Shown here: positions 16,869 to 28,375 of the stretch, one piece after another | Numbering within the stretch: the stretch's first letter is position 1 | How the letters are laid out: every line of letters starts with the position of its first letter | Sequence record: OP870145.1 | DNA length: 64,000 nucleotides | Origin: Escherichia phage vB_Eco_F26 | Strand: one strand, 5' to 3' | The notes under the pieces: model-generated | The model's database searches: none | What the model was told of the DNA's origin: nothing | Seen by the model: the letters and a program-made list of their open reading frames with translations, nothing else | Translations under genes and position numbers: made by a program

Positions 16869-18905
16869 ATGAATTATAACGAAATTGTTGATGAATTAGT
16901 TGATACCATACAATCAGCTTGTTCAATTATTCCCGAAGGTTATTATAGACGAGTTAAATGGGAATTATACAATCCCAATAAAGAAATGATTCAACCCGAT
17001 AATGGGGTTGAATGGGACACTGAAATTATTAAATTAGATACCCATCTTTACACTGAAAATCCATTTGGTCATTCTTCTGATACATTTACTGAATCATCTG
17101 ATGGAGAAACCCAAACTGGTGTTTTTTGTCATAAAATCGGCGTGTATTTTCCAACTCAAACTGCGTTAGAAGATTACGTTGAACAAATTGGTGCAACTTT
17201 ACTTCCGGGTAATACTTGGTATGGTGCTGATTTATCGAAACGTGAATTTTTTAAAACTGAAATTGAATATGATATGTATCGCATTGAAAATCGCGGAGGT
17301 ACATGGCATCATACGGGTCCTAGAATAGATGCTAGGACAATGATCGGTGTTAACAATGACTATACAATGTATGTTAACTTTAACGGTTTAGGAGATTATC
17401 GAAGAGCATATTTAAAATATTATGAAGATAAACCATGTACATATGTCGGTTTAACACTAAATTTAAATATAGATACATCAATTCCCGGTATTCCTTATTC
17501 ACCTCCATCAATTATTGGAGAGCTTCCACTTAATGCAATTTCATGCGTTAATTTTACTGCCCAATTTCCATACAATGGCTTAACATCTGCAATTATTGAG
17601 GCTTGGAACACCTCAAGAGATTCATTTAAACTATATTGGGATATGTTGCCTGGTATGCCGGCAATTAGCGGAAGTGATTTCGAAAAATATTTTAATTCGG
17701 CATATACACATTTATCTGTAGCAATGGAAGAGCTTGGAAATTCGGCAATTGCTATGTGTCAATATGTTCAGCAACAAGCCTTTATGGTTTTTAAAAATTC
17801 TGTTTCACAAGTTCTAAATATTGTCGGTGGCGGATGGGATTTATTAAAAAGTTTTTTACCTAAAATAACAATAATGGGCATATCTATTGATATTGAAGAT
17901 TTATGTACATCAACAGATGGTGTTCAAAAATTGAAGGAAACCTTTGAAAATTTTAATCTGGAAGATACTATTAGTTCAATTTATTCTGCAATGGGTTCTG
18001 CATATGACTATTCTATAGAACGCGTTAAAATGTATTCGCGGGATTTAGTTGATGCAATAACAGATTTATATGATTGGGCCTGGTCAAAATTAATGATGGC
18101 TGGTGTCGCTTTATCAAAATTATGTGTTGATTTAGCACAAATCTGGAGCATGCCACCAATTATTCCAAATCCAGTGTGGTCTGTTATCACTTTAGTGAAG
18201 GAAATGATGAAACAAATTCCTCCATTAGATATGATTATGTCAGGTAATTTTCCTGGATTTACTGCTTCTGATGTATATCAGATGGTTATGTCTATTGTAT
18301 CTGAAAAAATTAAACAAGTTTATACTGAAATAGAATCATTAAAAACCCAAGCATTGGATGTATGGAATGAAATTAAACTAAAAACACAGGAATATAAAAA
18401 GCAAACGATTGAATTTAAACAATATTTATCAGGAATGGCTGAAAAGGTTGAAGATGAAATAACTATAGCAAAAGAGAAAGCATTACAAGAAGCTGAATCC
18501 GCTTTAAATGTTTTAAAGGATAAATATAACAGTATTAAAGACTTAATAAAAAATAAGCAGATTTCTGTGTCTGATGTATTAGATTTAGCTTTGACTGAAT
18601 TTCGAAAAATTCCATTAATTTCACAAATGGAATCATTATTATCTTTAGCTGGAGCATCTATCGATGATATAATGAAAGTATATGAAAATAGCGTTACTAA
18701 AGCAAAATCATTATATCACGAATTCACCGATGGCGCTCGGTCAATGAAAGATCTATGCAAATCATTATACAATCAAATTTCGACTTTATGTTTGAGTAAG
18801 GTTGTGCAATGGATTAATAAAATGCTTGGAATATTTGGATTAAGTATTACATTTCCAACAGTATCAATATGCATTCCATGCTTAAAAACTCCTATGAGGA
18901 ATTAA
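16869..18905 (+). CDS. large uncharacterised protein (678 aa) between genes 5 and 6
   Basis: Uninterrupted 2037-nt frame in AT-rich DNA; ATG 1 nt after the gp5 stop; predicted coiled coil plus hydrophobic segments; no counterpart recalled in T4. Confidence 0.7.
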   Translation: MNYNEIVDELVDTIQSACSIIPEGYYRRVKWELYNPNKEMIQPDNGVEWDTEIIKLDTHLYTENPFGHSSDTFTESSDGETQTGVFCHKIGVYFPTQTALEDYVEQIGATLLPGNTWYGADLSKREFFKTEIEYDMYRIENRGGTWHHTGPRIDARTMIGVNNDYTMYVNFNGLGDYRRAYLKYYEDKPCTYVGLTLNLNIDTSIPGIPYSPPSIIGELPLNAISCVNFTAQFPYNGLTSAIIEAWNTSRDSFKLYWDMLPGMPAISGSDFEKYFNSAYTHLSVAMEELGNSAIAMCQYVQQQAFMVFKNSVSQVLNIVGGGWDLLKSFLPKITIMGISIDIEDLCTSTDGVQKLKETFENFNLEDTISSIYSAMGSAYDYSIERVKMYSRDLVDAITDLYDWAWSKLMMAGVALSKLCVDLAQIWSMPPIIPNPVWSVITLVKEMMKQIPPLDMIMSGNFPGFTASDVYQMVMSIVSEKIKQVYTEIESLKTQALDVWNEIKLKTQEYKKQTIEFKQYLSGMAEKVEDEITIAKEKALQEAESALNVLKDKYNSIKDLIKNKQISVSDVLDLALTEFRKIPLISQMESLLSLAGASIDDIMKVYENSVTKAKSLYHEFTDGARSMKDLCKSLYNQISTLCLSKVVQWINKMLGIFGLSITFPTVSICIPCLKTPMRN

Positions 18906-18906
18906 A

Positions 18907-20886
18907 ATGACAACCCCTGTAAATTATCAATTAACAAGAACAGCAAATGCTATTCCCGAGATATTCGTCGGGGGTACGTTTGCTGAAATAAAACAAAACC
19001 TCATTGAATGGCTTAATGGCCAAAATGAATTTTTGGATTATGATTTTGAAGGCTCAAGATTAAACGTTCTGTGTGACCTTTTGGCTTATAATACGCTGTA
19101 CATTCAACAGTTTGGTAATGCTGCTGTGTATGAAAGCTTTATGCGTACTGCTAACTTACGAAGTTCAGTTGTTCAAGCTGCACAAGATAACGGATATTTA
19201 CCTACTTCAAAATCCGCTGCGCAGACCGAAATTATGTTAACATGCACCGACGCATTGAATAGGAATTACATTACTATTCCTCGCGGAACTCGCTTTTTAG
19301 CATATGCAAAAGATACTTCTGTTAATCCATATAACTTCGTTTCTACCGAAGACGTTATTGCCATTCGTGATAAAAATAACCAATATTTTCCACGTTTAAA
19401 ATTGGCCCAGGGACGTATAGTAAGAACTGAAATCATTTATGATAAATTAACACCTATTATCATTTATGATAAAAATATTGATAGAAACCAGGTTAAATTA
19501 TATGTTGATGGAGCGGAATGGATTAACTGGACGAGAAAGTCAATGGTTCATGCTGGTTCAACATCAACGATTTATTATATGCGTGAAACTATTGATGGAA
19601 ACACTGAATTCTATTTTGGTGAAGGTGAAATTTCTGTTAATGCTTCTGAAGGAGCTTTGACCGCTAATTATATCGGAGGTCTTAAACCTACTCAGAACTC
19701 TACGATTGTTATTGAGTACATCAGTACTAATGGTGCTGACGCGAACGGAGCAGTCGGATTTTCATACGCAGATACATTAACAAATATAACTGTCATCAAT
19801 ATTAATGAAAATCCAAACGATGACCCAGATTTTGTTGGTGCAGATGGCGGCGGTGATCCAGAAGATATTGAGCGTATTCGCGAATTGGGTACTATTAAAC
19901 GCGAAACCCAGCAACGCTGCGTAACTGCAACTGACTATGATACATTCGTTTCAGAAAGATTTGGTTCTATTATTCAAGCAGTTCAGACTTTCACTGATTC
20001 TACTAAACCTGGTTATGCATTTATTGCTGCTAAACCTAAATCAGGTCTGTATTTAACTACTGTACAGCGCGAAGATATTAAAAATTATCTCAAAGACTAT
20101 AATTTAGCTCCTATTACGCCATCAATTATTTCTCCTAATTATCTTTTTATTAAGACTAATTTAAAAGTCACATATGCTTTAAATAAACTGCAAGAATCCG
20201 AACAGTGGCTCGAAGGTCAAATAATTGATAAAATTGATCGTTATTATACCGAAGATGTAGAAATTTTTAACTCGTCTTTCGCTAAATCTAAGATGTTAAC
20301 TTATGTAGATGATGCAGATCATTCTATCATTGGTTCATCAGCGACAATTCAAATTGTTCGTGAAGTACAAAACTTCTATAAAACGCCTGAAGCAGGTATT
20401 AAATACAATAATCAAATAAAAGATCGTTCTATGGAATCTAATACGTTTTCATTTAATTCTGGACGAAAGGTTGTAAATCCTGATACTGGTTTAGAAGAAG
20501 ATGTATTATATGACGTTCGCATAGTATCAACAGACCGAGATTCTAAAGGAATTGGTAAAGTTATTATTGGTCCATTTGCTTCTGGCGATGTTACAGAAAA
20601 TGAAAACATTCAGCCGTATACAGGCAATGATTTTAATAAATTAGCAAATTCTGATGGACGTGACAAATATTATATTATCGGTGAAATAAATTATCCAGCT
20701 GACATGATTTATTGGAATATCGCTAAAATTAATTTAACATCTGAAAAATTTGAAGTTCAGACCATTGAATTATATTCTGACCCAACCGATGATGTTATCT
20801 TTACTCGCGATGGTTCACTGATTGTATTTGAAAATGACTTACGTCCACAATACTTAACTATCGATTTGGAGCCTATATCACAATGA
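18907..20886 (+). CDS. 6: baseplate wedge protein gp6
   Basis: 659 aa; synteny and size match T4 gp6. Confidence 0.9.
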   Translation: MTTPVNYQLTRTANAIPEIFVGGTFAEIKQNLIEWLNGQNEFLDYDFEGSRLNVLCDLLAYNTLYIQQFGNAAVYESFMRTANLRSSVVQAAQDNGYLPTSKSAAQTEIMLTCTDALNRNYITIPRGTRFLAYAKDTSVNPYNFVSTEDVIAIRDKNNQYFPRLKLAQGRIVRTEIIYDKLTPIIIYDKNIDRNQVKLYVDGAEWINWTRKSMVHAGSTSTIYYMRETIDGNTEFYFGEGEISVNASEGALTANYIGGLKPTQNSTIVIEYISTNGADANGAVGFSYADTLTNITVININENPNDDPDFVGADGGGDPEDIERIRELGTIKRETQQRCVTATDYDTFVSERFGSIIQAVQTFTDSTKPGYAFIAAKPKSGLYLTTVQREDIKNYLKDYNLAPITPSIISPNYLFIKTNLKVTYALNKLQESEQWLEGQIIDKIDRYYTEDVEIFNSSFAKSKMLTYVDDADHSIIGSSATIQIVREVQNFYKTPEAGIKYNNQIKDRSMESNTFSFNSGRKVVNPDTGLEEDVLYDVRIVSTDRDSKGIGKVIIGPFASGDVTENENIQPYTGNDFNKLANSDGRDKYYIIGEINYPADMIYWNIAKINLTSEKFEVQTIELYSDPTDDVIFTRDGSLIVFENDLRPQYLTIDLEPISQ

Positions 20887-23800
20887 CAGTAAAAGCACCT
20901 TCAGTCACTAGTCTCAGAATTTCCAAGTTATCCGCAAATCAGGTGCAAGTACGCTGGGATGACGTTGGTGCTAATTTCTACTATTTTGTAGAAATCGCTG
21001 AGACAAAAACAAACTCGGGGGAAAAACTCCCGAGTGATCAATATCGTTGGATTAATTTAGGATATACAGCAAATAATAGTTTCTTTTTTGATGATGCTGA
21101 TCCATTAACAACATACATTATTAGAGTAGCTACGGCGGCGCAAGATTTTGAGCAGTCTGATTGGATTTATACCGAAGAGTTTGAAACTTTTGCTACAAAT
21201 GCTTATACATTTCAAAACATGATTGAAATGCAATTAGCTAATAAATTCATTCAGGAAAAATTTACTCTTAATAATTCTGATTATGTTAATTTTAATAATG
21301 ACACTATAATGGCTGCATTGATGAATGAATCATTTCAATTCAGCCCATCATATGTTGATGTTTCATCAATCAGTAATTTTATTATTGGTGAAAATGAGTA
21401 TCATGAAATACAAGGTTCTATTCAGCAAGTATGTAAGGATATTAACCGAGTTTATTTGATGGAATCAGAAGGGATTCTATATCTTTTTGAGCGTTATCAA
21501 CCTGTAGTTAAAGTATCTAATGATAAAGGACAAACCTGGAAAGCTGTAAAGCTCTTCAATGACCGCGTAGGATATCCTTTATCTAAGACTGTATATTACC
21601 AATCTGCAAACACAACATACGTTCTAGGATACGACAAGGTCTTCTATGGCCGTAAATCGACTGACGTTAGATGGTCAGCCGATGATGTCAGATTTAGTTC
21701 TCAGGATATAACATTTGCTAAATTAGGAGACCAACTTCATTTAGGATTCGATGTTGAAATCTTCGCTACTTATGCTACTTTACCAGCGAATGTATACCGT
21801 ATAGCTGAGGCTATTACTTGCACGGATGATTATATCTATGTTGTTGCCAGAGATAAAGTTAGATACATAAAAACGAGTAATGCACCTATAGATTCTGACC
21901 CATTATCTCCAACATATTCGGAAAGACTTTTTGAACCTGACACAATGACTATAACCGGAAATCCTAAAGCAGTATGCTATAAAATGGATTCTGTTGGTGA
22001 TAAAGTTTTTGCTCTTATTATTGGTGAAGTTGAAACATTAAATGCCAATCCGAGAACTTCAAAAATAATTGATTCCTCTGATAAAGGAATATATGTTTTA
22101 AATCATGACACAAAAACGTGGAAAAGAGTTTTTGGTAATACCGAAGAAGAAAGAAGACGTATTCAACCCGGATATGCGAATATGTCAACTGATGGTAAAT
22201 TAGTTTCTCTGTCTTCGAGTAATTTTAAATTTTTAAGCGATAATGTTGTTAATGACCCTGAAACTGTGGTGAAATATCAGTTAATCGGTGCTGTTAAATA
22301 TGAATTTCCTCGTGAATGGTTAGCTGATAAGCATTATCATATGATGGCATTTATAGCGGATGAAAAATCTGATTGGGAGACTTTTACTCCTCAACCAATG
22401 AAATACTACGCAGAACCATTCTTTAACTGGTCTAAAAAATCTAACACACGTTGTTGGATAAACAACTCCGATAGGGTTGTAGTAGTTTATGCTGATTTAA
22501 AATACACCAAAGTTATAGAAAATATTCCGGAAACATCACCAGATAGATTAGTTCATGAATACTGGGATGATGGTGATTGCACTATAGTAATGCCAAATGT
22601 TAAATTCACTGGATTTAAAAAATACGCATCAGGAATGCTTTTCTACAAAGCCTCCGGTGAAATAATTTCTTACTATGATTTTAACTATCGTGTGAGAGAT
22701 ACAGTAGAAATTATTTGGAAACCTACTGAAGTATTTTTGAAAGCATTTTTACAAAACCAAGAGCATGAGACTCCTTGGTCACCAGAAGAAGAGCGTGGAC
22801 TAGCTGACCCCGATTTAAGACCATTAATTGGCACAATGATGCCTGATTCTTATTTGCTACAGGATTCGAATTTTGAAGCATTTTGCGAAGCATATATTCA
22901 GTATCTTTCTGATGGATATGGAACTCAATACAATAATTTACGAAATTTAATTCGTAACAAATATCCACGAGAAGAGCATGCATGGGAATATTTGTGGTCA
23001 GAGATATATAAAAGAAACATTTATTTAAATGCTGATAAACGCGATGCTGTTGCGAGATTCTTTGAATCACGTAGCTACGATTTTTATTCTACTAAAGGAA
23101 TTGAAGCATCATACAAGTTTCTTTTTAAAGTTCTTTATAATGAAGAAGTTGAAATTGAAATTGAATCTGGGGCTGGTACTGAATATGATATAATCGTTCA
23201 ATCTGATTCTTTGACTGAAGATTTAGTAGGACAAACGATTTATACAGCTACAGGAAGATGTAATGTTACTTATATAGAAAGAAGCTATTCTAATGGTAAA
23301 TTGCAATGGACCGTAACTATTCATAATCTTTTGGGACGATTAATTGCTGGTCAAGAAGTTAAAGCAGAAAGACTCCCTAGTTTTGAAGGCGAAATTATTC
23401 GTGGCGTTAAAGGAAAGGATTTGCTTCAAAACAATATAGACTATATTAATAGAAGTAGATCATACTATGTAATGAAAATTAAATCCAATTTACCTTCTTC
23501 CCGCTGGAAATCTGACGTTATTCGTTTTGTTCATCCAGTAGGATTTGGATTTATAGCAATTACCCTTTTAACAATGTTTATTAATGTTGGTTTAACTCTT
23601 AAACATACAGAGACTATAATTAATAAATACAAAAACTATAAATGGGATTCTGGATTGCCTACTGAATACGCTGGTAGAGTAGCTAAATTAACTCCAGCTG
23701 GTGAAATTGAACATGATCCAGTAACAGGCGAAGCAATTTATGAACCTGGTCCAAAGGCTGGTGTAAAATATCCTCTTCCTGATGACTATAATGCTGAAAA

Positions 23801-23981
23801 TAATAATTCAATATTTCAAGGTCAATTGCCGTCTGAACGACGTAAATTAATGAGTCCTTTATTTGATGCATCTGGAACAACATTTGCGCAATTTAGGGAT
23901 TTAGTTAATAAACGTCTAAAAGATAATATAGGAAATCCAAGAGACCCTGAAAATCCAACACAGGTTAAAATAGATGAATGA
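20883..23981 (+). CDS. 7: baseplate wedge protein gp7
   Basis: 1032 aa, same length as T4 gp7; synteny. Confidence 0.9.
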   Translation: MTVKAPSVTSLRISKLSANQVQVRWDDVGANFYYFVEIAETKTNSGEKLPSDQYRWINLGYTANNSFFFDDADPLTTYIIRVATAAQDFEQSDWIYTEEFETFATNAYTFQNMIEMQLANKFIQEKFTLNNSDYVNFNNDTIMAALMNESFQFSPSYVDVSSISNFIIGENEYHEIQGSIQQVCKDINRVYLMESEGILYLFERYQPVVKVSNDKGQTWKAVKLFNDRVGYPLSKTVYYQSANTTYVLGYDKVFYGRKSTDVRWSADDVRFSSQDITFAKLGDQLHLGFDVEIFATYATLPANVYRIAEAITCTDDYIYVVARDKVRYIKTSNAPIDSDPLSPTYSERLFEPDTMTITGNPKAVCYKMDSVGDKVFALIIGEVETLNANPRTSKIIDSSDKGIYVLNHDTKTWKRVFGNTEEERRRIQPGYANMSTDGKLVSLSSSNFKFLSDNVVNDPETVVKYQLIGAVKYEFPREWLADKHYHMMAFIADEKSDWETFTPQPMKYYAEPFFNWSKKSNTRCWINNSDRVVVVYADLKYTKVIENIPETSPDRLVHEYWDDGDCTIVMPNVKFTGFKKYASGMLFYKASGEIISYYDFNYRVRDTVEIIWKPTEVFLKAFLQNQEHETPWSPEEERGLADPDLRPLIGTMMPDSYLLQDSNFEAFCEAYIQYLSDGYGTQYNNLRNLIRNKYPREEHAWEYLWSEIYKRNIYLNADKRDAVARFFESRSYDFYSTKGIEASYKFLFKVLYNEEVEIEIESGAGTEYDIIVQSDSLTEDLVGQTIYTATGRCNVTYIERSYSNGKLQWTVTIHNLLGRLIAGQEVKAERLPSFEGEIIRGVKGKDLLQNNIDYINRSRSYYVMKIKSNLPSSRWKSDVIRFVHPVGFGFIAITLLTMFINVGLTLKHTETIINKYKNYKWDSGLPTEYAGRVAKLTPAGEIEHDPVTGEAIYEPGPKAGVKYPLPDDYNAENNNSIFQGQLPSERRKLMSPLFDASGTTFAQFRDLVNKRLKDNIGNPRDPENPTQVKIDE

Positions 23982-24978
23982 TTCAAGTGTTATCTATCGT
24001 GCGATAGTTACTTCAAAATTTAGAACAGAAAAAATGTTGAATTTTTATAATTCAATTGGAAGTGGTCCGGATAAAAACACTATCTTTATCACATTTGGAA
24101 GATCAGAACCGTGGTCATCAAATGAAAATGAGGTGGGCTTTGCCCCACCTTATCCAACCGATTCTGTATTAGGCGTAACTGACATGTGGACGCATATGAT
24201 GGGAACAGTAAAAGTTCTTCCATCAATGCTTGATGCAGTTATTCCTCGTAGAGATTGGGGAGATACTCGATATCCTGATCCATACACATTTAGAATTAAT
24301 GACATTGTAGTGTGTAACTCAGCTCCTTACAACGCTACTGAATCCGGCGCAGGCTGGTTAGTATATCGTTGTTTAGACGTTCCTGATACTGGAATGTGCT
24401 CAATAGCATCTTTAACTGATAAGGATGAATGCCTTAAATTAGGCGGAAAATGGACACCTTCTGTTAGATCAATGACTCCTCCTGAAGGTCGAGGAGATGC
24501 TGAAGGAACAATTGAACCCGGAGACGGGTATGTGTGGGAATATCTATTTGAGATTCCGCCTGATGTATCTATAAATAGATGCACAAATGAATATATCGTA
24601 GTTCCTTGGCCAGAGGAATTAAAAGAAGACCCGACTAGATGGGGATATGAAGATAATCTCACTTGGCAACAAGATGATTTTGGATTAATTTATCGCGTTA
24701 AGGCAAATACTATCCGGTTTAAAGCATATTTAGATTCAGTTTATTTTCCTGAAGCTGCATTGCCGGGAAATAAAGGATTTAGACAAATATCAATAATCAC
24801 GAATCCTCTTGAAGCTAAAGCTAATCCAAATGACCCAAACGTTAAAGCTGAAAAGGATTATTATGATCCGGAAGATTTAATGAGACATTCGGGCGAAATG
24901 ATTTATATGGAAAATAGGCCACCTATTATCATGGCAATGGATCAAACAGAAGAAATCAATATTCTGTTTACATTTTAA
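23974..24978 (+). CDS. 8: baseplate wedge protein gp8
   Basis: 334 aa; synteny. Confidence 0.9.
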   Translation: MNDSSVIYRAIVTSKFRTEKMLNFYNSIGSGPDKNTIFITFGRSEPWSSNENEVGFAPPYPTDSVLGVTDMWTHMMGTVKVLPSMLDAVIPRRDWGDTRYPDPYTFRINDIVVCNSAPYNATESGAGWLVYRCLDVPDTGMCSIASLTDKDECLKLGGKWTPSVRSMTPPEGRGDAEGTIEPGDGYVWEYLFEIPPDVSINRCTNEYIVVPWPEELKEDPTRWGYEDNLTWQQDDFGLIYRVKANTIRFKAYLDSVYFPEAALPGNKGFRQISIITNPLEAKANPNDPNVKAEKDYYDPEDLMRHSGEMIYMENRPPIIMAMDQTEEINILFTF

Positions 24979-24983
24979 CTTAA

Positions 24984-25007
24984 GGGAGCCCATGGGCTCC
25001 CTTTTTC
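24984..25007 (+). terminator. intrinsic terminator after gene 8 (GGGAGCCC-ATG-GGCTCCC + T5)
   Basis: Perfect inverted repeat followed by TTTTTC. Confidence 0.6.
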
Positions 25008-25009
25008 TT

Positions 25010-25017
25010 TATAAATA
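25010..25017 (+). promoter_or_regulatory. late promoter TATAAATA for gene 9
   Basis: Exact T4 late promoter octamer 25 nt upstream of ATG 25042. Confidence 0.6.
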
Positions 25018-25041
25018 CTATAAACTCATAAGGAAACCGCT

Positions 25042-25908
25042 ATGTTCATTCAAGAACCAAAGAAATTGATTGATACCGGCGAAATTGGTAACGCTTCTAC
25101 TGGTGATATCTTATTCGACGGTGGTAATAAAATTAATAGTGATTTTAACGCAATTTATAATGCGTTTGGCGATCAACGTAAAATGGCAGTAGCAAATGGC
25201 ACTGGAGCAGATGGTCAAATTATCCATGCTACTGGATATTATCAAAAACACTCTATTATAGAGTACGCAACTCCAGTAAAAGTTGGCACTAGACATGATA
25301 TTGATACCTCTACTGTAGGTGTTAAAGTTATCATTGAAAGAGGCGAACTCGGCGATTGTGTTGAATTCATTAACTCTAATGGATCAATATCAGTTACTAA
25401 TCCTTTGACAATTCAAGCTATTGATTCAATTAAAGGTGTTTCAGGTAATTTAGTAGTAACTAGCCCATATAGTAAAGTAACTTTACGCTGTATTTCATCT
25501 GATAATTCTACTTCGGTTTGGAATTATTCTATTGAAAGTATGTTTGGACAAAAGGAATCACCAGCTGAAGGTACATGGAATATTTCTACATCTGGATCAG
25601 TTGACATTCCATTATTTCATCGCACTGAATACAATATGGCTAAATTGCTCGTTACGTGCCAATCGGTAGATGGAAGAAAAATTAAAACAGCAGAAATAAA
25701 TATTCTTGTGGATACTGTTAATTCAGAGGTAATTTCTTCTGAATATGCTGTCATGCGAGTTGGGAATGAAACCGAAGAAGACGAAATCGCTAATATTGCA
25801 TTTAGTATTAAAGAAAATTATGTAACGGCGACTATAAGTTCTTCAACTGTCGGTATGAGAGCAGCAGTTAAAGTTATCGCTACGCAGAAAATCGGGGTGG
25901 CTCAATAA
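25042..25908 (+). CDS. 9: baseplate wedge / long tail fiber attachment protein gp9
   Basis: 288 aa; synteny. Confidence 0.9.
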   Translation: MFIQEPKKLIDTGEIGNASTGDILFDGGNKINSDFNAIYNAFGDQRKMAVANGTGADGQIIHATGYYQKHSIIEYATPVKVGTRHDIDTSTVGVKVIIERGELGDCVEFINSNGSISVTNPLTIQAIDSIKGVSGNLVVTSPYSKVTLRCISSDNSTSVWNYSIESMFGQKESPAEGTWNISTSGSVDIPLFHRTEYNMAKLLVTCQSVDGRKIKTAEINILVDTVNSEVISSEYAVMRVGNETEEDEIANIAFSIKENYVTATISSSTVGMRAAVKVIATQKIGVAQ

Positions 25909-27716
25909 TGAAACAAAATATTAATATCGGTAATGTTGTAGATGATGGTACCGGTGACTACCTGCGTAAAGGTGGTATAAAAATAAATGAAAACTTTGAT
26001 GAGCTTTATTATGAACTTGGTGATGGTGATGTTCCATATTCAGCCGGTGCCTGGAAAACTTATAATGCTTCATCAGGACAAACATTAACAGCAGAATGGG
26101 GAAAATCATACGCTATTAATACATCTTCTGGAAGAGTGACTATAAATCTTCCAAAGGGCACAGTTAATGATTACAACAAGGTAATTAGAGCTAGAGACGT
26201 ATTTGCTACATGGAACGTCAACCCAGTTACACTAGTAGCTGCTTCCGGCGATACGATTAAAGGGTCTGCAGTACCAGTTGAAATTAATGTTCAATTCAGC
26301 GATTTAGAACTAGTGTATTGTGCCCCAGGACGTTGGGAATATGTCAAAAATAAACAAATTGACAAAATTACCAGTTCAGACATTAGTAATGTAGCTCGTA
26401 AAGAATTTTTAGTTGAAGTTCAAGGACAAACAGACTTTTTAGATGTTTTCCGTGGAACTAGTTATAATGTAAATAACATCAGAGTAAAACATCGTGGTAA
26501 CGAATTGTATTACGGTGATGTATTTAGCGAAAACAGCGATTTTGGCTCTCCGGGCGAAAATGAAGGAGAACTAGTTCCTCTTGATGGATTTAATATTCGA
26601 TTAAGACAGCCTTGTAATATTGGTGACACTGTTCAAATTGAAACATTTATGGATGGTGTATCGCAGTGGAGAAGTTCATATACAAGACGTCAAATTAGAT
26701 TGTTAGATTCAAAATTAACGTCAAAAACTTCTTTAGAAGGAAGCATTTACGTTACTGATTTATCAACAATGAAATCAATTCCATTTTCTGCTTTTGGATT
26801 AATTCCAGGAGAACCTATTAATCCTAACTCTCTTGAGGTTCGTTTTAACGGGATTTTGCAGGAATTGGCTGGCACAGTTGGAATGCCATTATTTCATTGT
26901 GTTGGTGCCGATTCAGACGATGAAGTAGAATGCTCTGTTTTAGGTGGAACTTGGGAACAATCTCATACCGATTATTCAATTGAAACTGATGAAAACGGCA
27001 TACCGGAAATTTTACATTTCGATAGAGTATTTGAGCATGGTGACATTATCAATATCACCTGGTTTAATAATGATTTGGGTACATTATTAACAAAAGACGA
27101 GATTATTGATGAAACTGATAATCTCTATGTATCGCAAGGGCCGGGAGTAGATATTTCTGGCGATGTAAATTTAACAGACTTCGATAAAATTGGTTGGCCA
27201 AATGTAGAAGCAGTTCAATCTTATCAACGCGAATTTAATGCTGTTTCAAATATCTTTGATACGATTTATCCTATTGGAACTATATATGAAAACGCTGTTA
27301 ATCCAAACAACCCTGTTACATATATGGGATTCGGCTCATGGAAATTATTTGGGCAAGGAAAAGTTTTAGTTGGATGGAATGAAGATATTTCGGATCCGAA
27401 TTTCGCTCTAAATAACAACGATTTAGATTCTGGTGGAAGTCCTTCGCATACTGCAGGTGGAACAGGTGGTTCTACTTCGGTTACATTGGAAAATGCTAAT
27501 CTTCCTGCAACTGAAACAGATGAAGAAGTTCTAATAGTTGATGAAAATGGATCAGTCATTGTTGGTGGGTGTCAATACGATCCAGATGAATCCGGTCCAA
27601 TTTACACTAAATACCGTGAAGCTAAAGCATCTACTAACTCTACTCACACTCCGCCAACATCAATAACTAACATTCAACCATATATTACAGTTTATCGTTG
27701 GATAAGGATTGCATAA
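25908..27716 (+). CDS. 10: baseplate wedge protein gp10
   Basis: 602 aa; synteny. Confidence 0.9.
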   Translation: MKQNINIGNVVDDGTGDYLRKGGIKINENFDELYYELGDGDVPYSAGAWKTYNASSGQTLTAEWGKSYAINTSSGRVTINLPKGTVNDYNKVIRARDVFATWNVNPVTLVAASGDTIKGSAVPVEINVQFSDLELVYCAPGRWEYVKNKQIDKITSSDISNVARKEFLVEVQGQTDFLDVFRGTSYNVNNIRVKHRGNELYYGDVFSENSDFGSPGENEGELVPLDGFNIRLRQPCNIGDTVQIETFMDGVSQWRSSYTRRQIRLLDSKLTSKTSLEGSIYVTDLSTMKSIPFSAFGLIPGEPINPNSLEVRFNGILQELAGTVGMPLFHCVGADSDDEVECSVLGGTWEQSHTDYSIETDENGIPEILHFDRVFEHGDIINITWFNNDLGTLLTKDEIIDETDNLYVSQGPGVDISGDVNLTDFDKIGWPNVEAVQSYQREFNAVSNIFDTIYPIGTIYENAVNPNNPVTYMGFGSWKLFGQGKVLVGWNEDISDPNFALNNNDLDSGGSPSHTAGGTGGSTSVTLENANLPATETDEEVLIVDENGSVIVGGCQYDPDESGPIYTKYREAKASTNSTHTPPTSITNIQPYITVYRWIRIA

Positions 27717-28375
27717 TGAGTTTACTTAATAATAAAGCGGGAGTTATTTCCCGCTTAGCCGATTTTCTTGGTTTTAGACCTAAAGCTGGTAATATAGATG
27801 TAATGAATCGTCAATCAGTTGGGTCAGTGACAATTTCTCAATTAGCGAAAGGATTTTATGAACCAAACGTAGAATCAGCTATTAATGACGTTCATAATTT
27901 TTCTATAAAAGACGTTGGTACAATTATTACTAATAAAACTGGTGTTTCTCCTGAGGGTGTTTCTCAAACCGATTATTGGGCATTTTCTGGAACTGTAACA
28001 GACGATTCTCTTCCTCCGGGTTCTCCTGTTACGGTATTAGTATTTGGTCTTCCAGTTTCAGCAACAACCGGAATGACGGCAATTGAGTTTGTTGCAAAAG
28101 TTCGTGTTGCCCTTCAAGAAGCTATTGCGTCATTTACTGCTATCAACTCATATAAAGACCATCCAACAGATGGTAGTAAATTAGAAGTTACTTATTTAGA
28201 TAATCAAAAACATGTATTAAGCACATATTCTACATATGGAATAACTATTTCGCAGGAAATTATTTCTGAGTCTAAACCTGGCTACGGTACATGGAATTTA
28301 TTAGGCGCACAAACGGTAACTTTAGATAATCAGCAGACTCCTACAGTATTTTATCATTTTGAGAGAACAGCATGA
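27716..28375 (+). CDS. 11: baseplate wedge protein gp11 (short tail fiber attachment)
   Basis: 219 aa from ATG 27716 (TAATG overlap with gene 10); [19 protein letters not shown]... Confidence 0.9.
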   Translation: MSLLNNKAGVISRLADFLGFRPKAGNIDVMNRQSVGSVTISQLAKGFYEPNVESAINDVHNFSIKDVGTIITNKTGVSPEGVSQTDYWAFSGTVTDDSLPPGSPVTVLVFGLPVSATTGMTAIEFVAKVRVALQEAIASFTAINSYKDHPTDGSKLEVTYLDNQKHVLSTYSTYGITISQEIISESKPGYGTWNLLGAQTVTLDNQQTPTVFYHFERTA

